Positions 60,925 to 64,000 of a DNA stretch of 64,000 nt are shown here, piece after piece. This DNA comes from an uncultured Rubripirellula sp. Lineage in GTDB: Bacteria; Planctomycetota; Planctomycetia; Pirellulales; Pirellulaceae. Every line of letters begins with the position of its first letter. Position 1 is the stretch's first letter. Below the pieces are notes generated by a model that was given only the letters and a program-made list of their open reading frames with translations, was not told the origin of the DNA and did not search any database. Where the stretch lies: the NCBI GenBank assembly GCA_938085445.1, contig CALKGR010000003.1, forward strand, positions 64,001 through 128,000, read 5' to 3'. Made by a program: the position numbers and the translations under genes.

Positions 60925-63294
60925 TCAGTAGTTGAGCCCGAGCAGGAAAGTAAAACCGAAAAGGTTCAGATATCGGTTATCAGCTCGCGAGAGCGTTTCG
61001 ACACGGCCCCCGAACTGGTCGTCAGGGTCTGCTAAAAAAGCGTAGGATTGACTCATCGAGGCATGCTTTCCAGTGTCCCACGATTGAATTTCAAGACCTA
61101 GTCTGCAAATCCATAACGCGCGATTGCACAGGATTGGAGTTCGGTGTTCCAGTCCAAATTGAATCTGCGTTGCCAAGAGTGAGTTTTCGTCGTCCATACC
61201 TAATGTTGCCTTGTCTCGGCCACGGGCAATCCCTTGCGTGACGACTCCATCACCAGTAGAGACAACGGATTCCGTCATCGATTCGCTGTACGTGTCCGCC
61301 CACAGTGCAGATACCCTGAAGTTCGCGTAAAACCTCCATGGGAAGCAGGGTGATCCCAAGCCACAGGAATCACAGCCGCCACAGCCCCCGCAGTTGCCAT
61401 AGCTGGAGCAATCTGATTGGCAGCAACCAAAACAACCGGTGCTACCTGGATCGATCATTCCGTAGGGCATCCTGGAGGGACTGCCTAGACACCATGGAAT
61501 GGTCTTCCGAAGCTCCATAAAAAAGGTCGGTCCCAAACCTTGCATGCTGCGGAAGCTGCGTGTGTTTCCCGATGTTTCCAGCGAACCTTGTAGGTTGCTC
61601 GTTAGCGCTGTGAAATCACTCCCCTGATATTCAGCAAAGCGGACTCCACAAGCCGTCATTAGATCGCAACCTAAGAAGCAATACTTCTGCATCAGGTCAA
61701 TATCAACCGTTTCAAGACCAACCTTGGATGTTGTTGAGTAAACAGGAGTGTTGTCTAGATCTTTCCATGCATCGTGGCCGCTGTAGCTTCCAGCATAGGT
61801 CCAGTATACGACGCGAAATCCAATGTTTTGCGATTGGATACCCAAAGTAAGGCGGTTACCAAACCCAAAAGCATCTTCACTTGAGTATTCATCGGTTTGG
61901 CTCGAGATCGTGTCAATCACACGAACCCTTGTTGTTCCTGGCGTTTCAGCTGCAAGAAAAGTGAACTCATTTCCAAAATACAAACCACAGGAAATTGATG
62001 AGCGAAAGCAGGATCCGAATTTGCCAGCCAAGTGCCCAATCATCTTTTTGTCTTCGTTCGCTGTGTCTTCTGGTGCTTGCTGCGTAGCTTCAGATTTTTC
62101 GTTGTCCTCTTTCTCCTCAGCTGCATCGTCACCGTTTGGATTATTTTCCTGAGGAAAAACGGGGGTCGCAGCCGGCAAGATTGGTTGCGTGGAGGTACCA
62201 GGAGAGGCAAGGATTGCAGAACCCATTTGCCATGCGTTGCGGTCTTGATCGGCTTGAGTATCGAGACTTGCCACTTGTGGCGGTGACGCGTTAAGCGGTG
62301 GAGTACTGCTAACTAGAGGCAGGTCGTCGCTATTGATTTCCTGAAAGTTATCCACTGGCAGAGAAAGACCAGAGATCGCGGCGGTCGCATTGTCCACTGG
62401 AGGTAGTGTAAGAGGTGACGCCTCGTCAGTTGGCACCGGCTCCCAGTAACCTTCCTCATCAAGAATTTCGTCGTCCTTCGACAACGCGACCGCAACACTG
62501 ATGGTCTCAACATTCTTGGTCGTCTCCCTCACGTACTGCTCTTGATTGGGAACTGTTGCTATGACCAATGGAGCGAAAATATCCTCGTCAAGCTTTTCAA
62601 CCTGACCGCCGAAATCTTCTTCTTCAGCAGTGTCCTGTGAGTCATCAGCGATTGATTCGATTGTTTCCGCTTCTGCATTGGGTGACGTGGCCGGTACCTG
62701 AACGCCAAGGAGCCTGCGCCATTCTGCTAAACGCACAGTGGCAAGGTCATTGAACGCACTGTCGGTCCGACTGTCGAAATGGGCGTTCCGGTGAGCAAAT
62801 GCGAGTTCCGAGGAACGCTGCTCAGTGACTGCTTCCTCAAAGTACGCAATCTGAGGGAATGCCGCTTTCGAAAACAGTGGCTGTGGGCTTGCGTTTTTTG
62901 TGCCCTGAAGAAGAAGAGGGACATCATCGGACTCGGACGGTGATGAACCATCTAACTGTCCAACGCTGTGAAAAAACTCAGTGCTTTGCAACAACTCACC
63001 ACTTTGCAATAAATCACCACTTTGCAATGGCATTGAAGCGCTCTCGGTGCCACGAATTGCGGTTTCCCGAGGTCTTTTCAGCTCTATCGCTGTCGGTGGG
63101 GGAGAGATTGGTTGCAGTTGGGGAGGTTTCGTTGACGCATCTTTTGACTTCGATGATGCCTGCTGTTGCTTGTCACGAGACTGTGAAACGCGATCTTTCA
63201 TCACCTGATCGGGTAGCAGCAAAACCACAATTGCAAGCAGCAGTACAGCACTCAATGCCAGCAGCCATCGCTTCGACGTTAGTCTATGGTCCAT
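60925..63294 (-). CDS. Large outer-membrane beta-barrel protein with N-terminal hydrophobic anchor and long low-complexity linker
   Basis: Start reassigned to ATG 63294. C-terminal ~350 aa of amphipathic beta-strands (GLYFGNEFTFL, NRLTLG, IGFRVVYW, GVRFAEY, GLGPTF, QIQFGLEH, RLGLEIQSW) ending in the beta-signal-like FGFTFLLGLNY. Confidence 0.75.
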   Translation of the reverse strand: MDHRLTSKRWLLALSAVLLLAIVVLLLPDQVMKDRVSQSRDKQQQASSKSKDASTKPPQLQPISPPPTAIELKRPRETAIRGTESASMPLQSGDLLQSGELLQSTEFFHSVGQLDGSSPSESDDVPLLLQGTKNASPQPLFSKAAFPQIAYFEEAVTEQRSSELAFAHRNAHFDSRTDSAFNDLATVRLAEWRRLLGVQVPATSPNAEAETIESIADDSQDTAEEEDFGGQVEKLDEDIFAPLVIATVPNQEQYVRETTKNVETISVAVALSKDDEILDEEGYWEPVPTDEASPLTLPPVDNATAAISGLSLPVDNFQEINSDDLPLVSSTPPLNASPPQVASLDTQADQDRNAWQMGSAILASPGTSTQPILPAATPVFPQENNPNGDDAAEEKEDNEKSEATQQAPEDTANEDKKMIGHLAGKFGSCFRSSISCGLYFGNEFTFLAAETPGTTRVRVIDTISSQTDEYSSEDAFGFGNRLTLGIQSQNIGFRVVYWTYAGSYSGHDAWKDLDNTPVYSTTSKVGLETVDIDLMQKYCFLGCDLMTACGVRFAEYQGSDFTALTSNLQGSLETSGNTRSFRSMQGLGPTFFMELRKTIPWCLGSPSRMPYGMIDPGSTGCFGCCQSDCSSYGNCGGCGGCDSCGLGSPCFPWRFYANFRVSALWADTYSESMTESVVSTGDGVVTQGIARGRDKATLGMDDENSLLATQIQFGLEHRTPILCNRALWICRLGLEIQSWDTGKHASMSQSYAFLADPDDQFGGRVETLSRADNRYLNLFGFTFLLGLNY

Positions 63295-63721
63295 GGCAGA
63301 AGCGTGTTCGCACTCGCATTGGTAGTAGTCGACAAATGAGGGAAAGCAGCCCTTTCCGTTCACCTTATCGATCCTGCAGGGATTGCCGCTTGAGCCGTCT
63401 TTGGGATTTGCGTTTTTTTTGTGCGTTAGGGCAAATGGGGTCTCTGGGCAGGCTCGGGGGGCTGGTTTCTCGCGTGGGGGGCGGTGATGCTTATAACGAG
63501 CGTTCTTGCCATCACATTTTGCGTGTGTCACCCCGATTTGCTCAGGTTGTTCAGTTTACAGTTCACCATTTTTAGTGGGTAACACTAAAAAATTGACCAT
63601 TTTTTTGCCTGAGAGCAATTTTCAGGTTGCATCGATTTTGCGGCTGAATAATCTTTAGCATTCCTACATATTACCTGGCTTGCCTCGCTAGCCGAAACTT
63701 ACACATTTGTGAATTGGATCC

Positions 63722-64000
63722 ATGAAGTACGCACTCACTCTCGCTGCAGTATTTGCAGTTCTTCCCTCTCTTTGTTCAGCTGAAGACATGGGAGCATTCG
63801 GACTCGGCGATGTCGAGGTTATCACCGAGGCCGAAGGCCAAAATGTTCGCGGTTTAGGAATGTTCGCTCGCACAACAAGTGCTGCCGGCATTTCGATGAA
63901 CATTCTCGACCCCAACACGGGCTCACAGTGGAATGTCTTCAACACTGCCTTCGATAGCTCTGACGACACCAAGTTGACTTCTGACGTTACTGCAGCACCT
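63722..64000 (+). CDS. Small secreted protein, FGLxD-[IV]RGLG family (paralogue C; 3' truncated, absent from ORF track)
   Basis: MKYALTLAAVFAVLPSLCSA|EDMGAFGLGDVEVITEAEGQNVRGLGMFARTTSAAGISMNILDPNTGSQWNVF...; open to the window end. 40/74 identical to paralogue A by manual ungapped alignment. Confidence 0.85.
   Translation, partial: MKYALTLAAVFAVLPSLCSAEDMGAFGLGDVEVITEAEGQNVRGLGMFARTTSAAGISMNILDPNTGSQWNVFNTAFDSSDDTKLTSDVTAAP

Overview
Chromosomal window from a planctomycete, probably Pirellulaceae. This is inferred from the DUF1592/PSCyt-type protein, the short DnaA paralogue, the Lys-rich histone-like protein and the DPF-repeat protein. Most genes are housekeeping: prfB with a programmed +1 frameshift, mnmA, hrpA, an SF1 helicase, clpC, dnaN, a dnaA paralogue with flanking DnaA boxes (candidate oriC), cysteine desulfurase, scpB, hemA/ccsA-like, comEC, prolyl oligopeptidase and mrp. 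The right third is more accessory. It holds a Cys-motif DUF3299-type operon, sugar catabolism genes, a decaying ArsR-rhodanese-MBL/USP islet with two pseudogenes and an orphan DUF1592 protein. At the right edge, three paralogous small secreted proteins (one missed by the ORF track) share an FGLxD...[IV]RGLG leader-like motif and are interleaved with a large outer-membrane beta-barrel gene. That locus is the best candidate for an undescribed fibre/amyloid export system. No tRNA, rRNA, CRISPR array or transposase was recognised. All family assignments come from motif recognition by eye; no searches were run.
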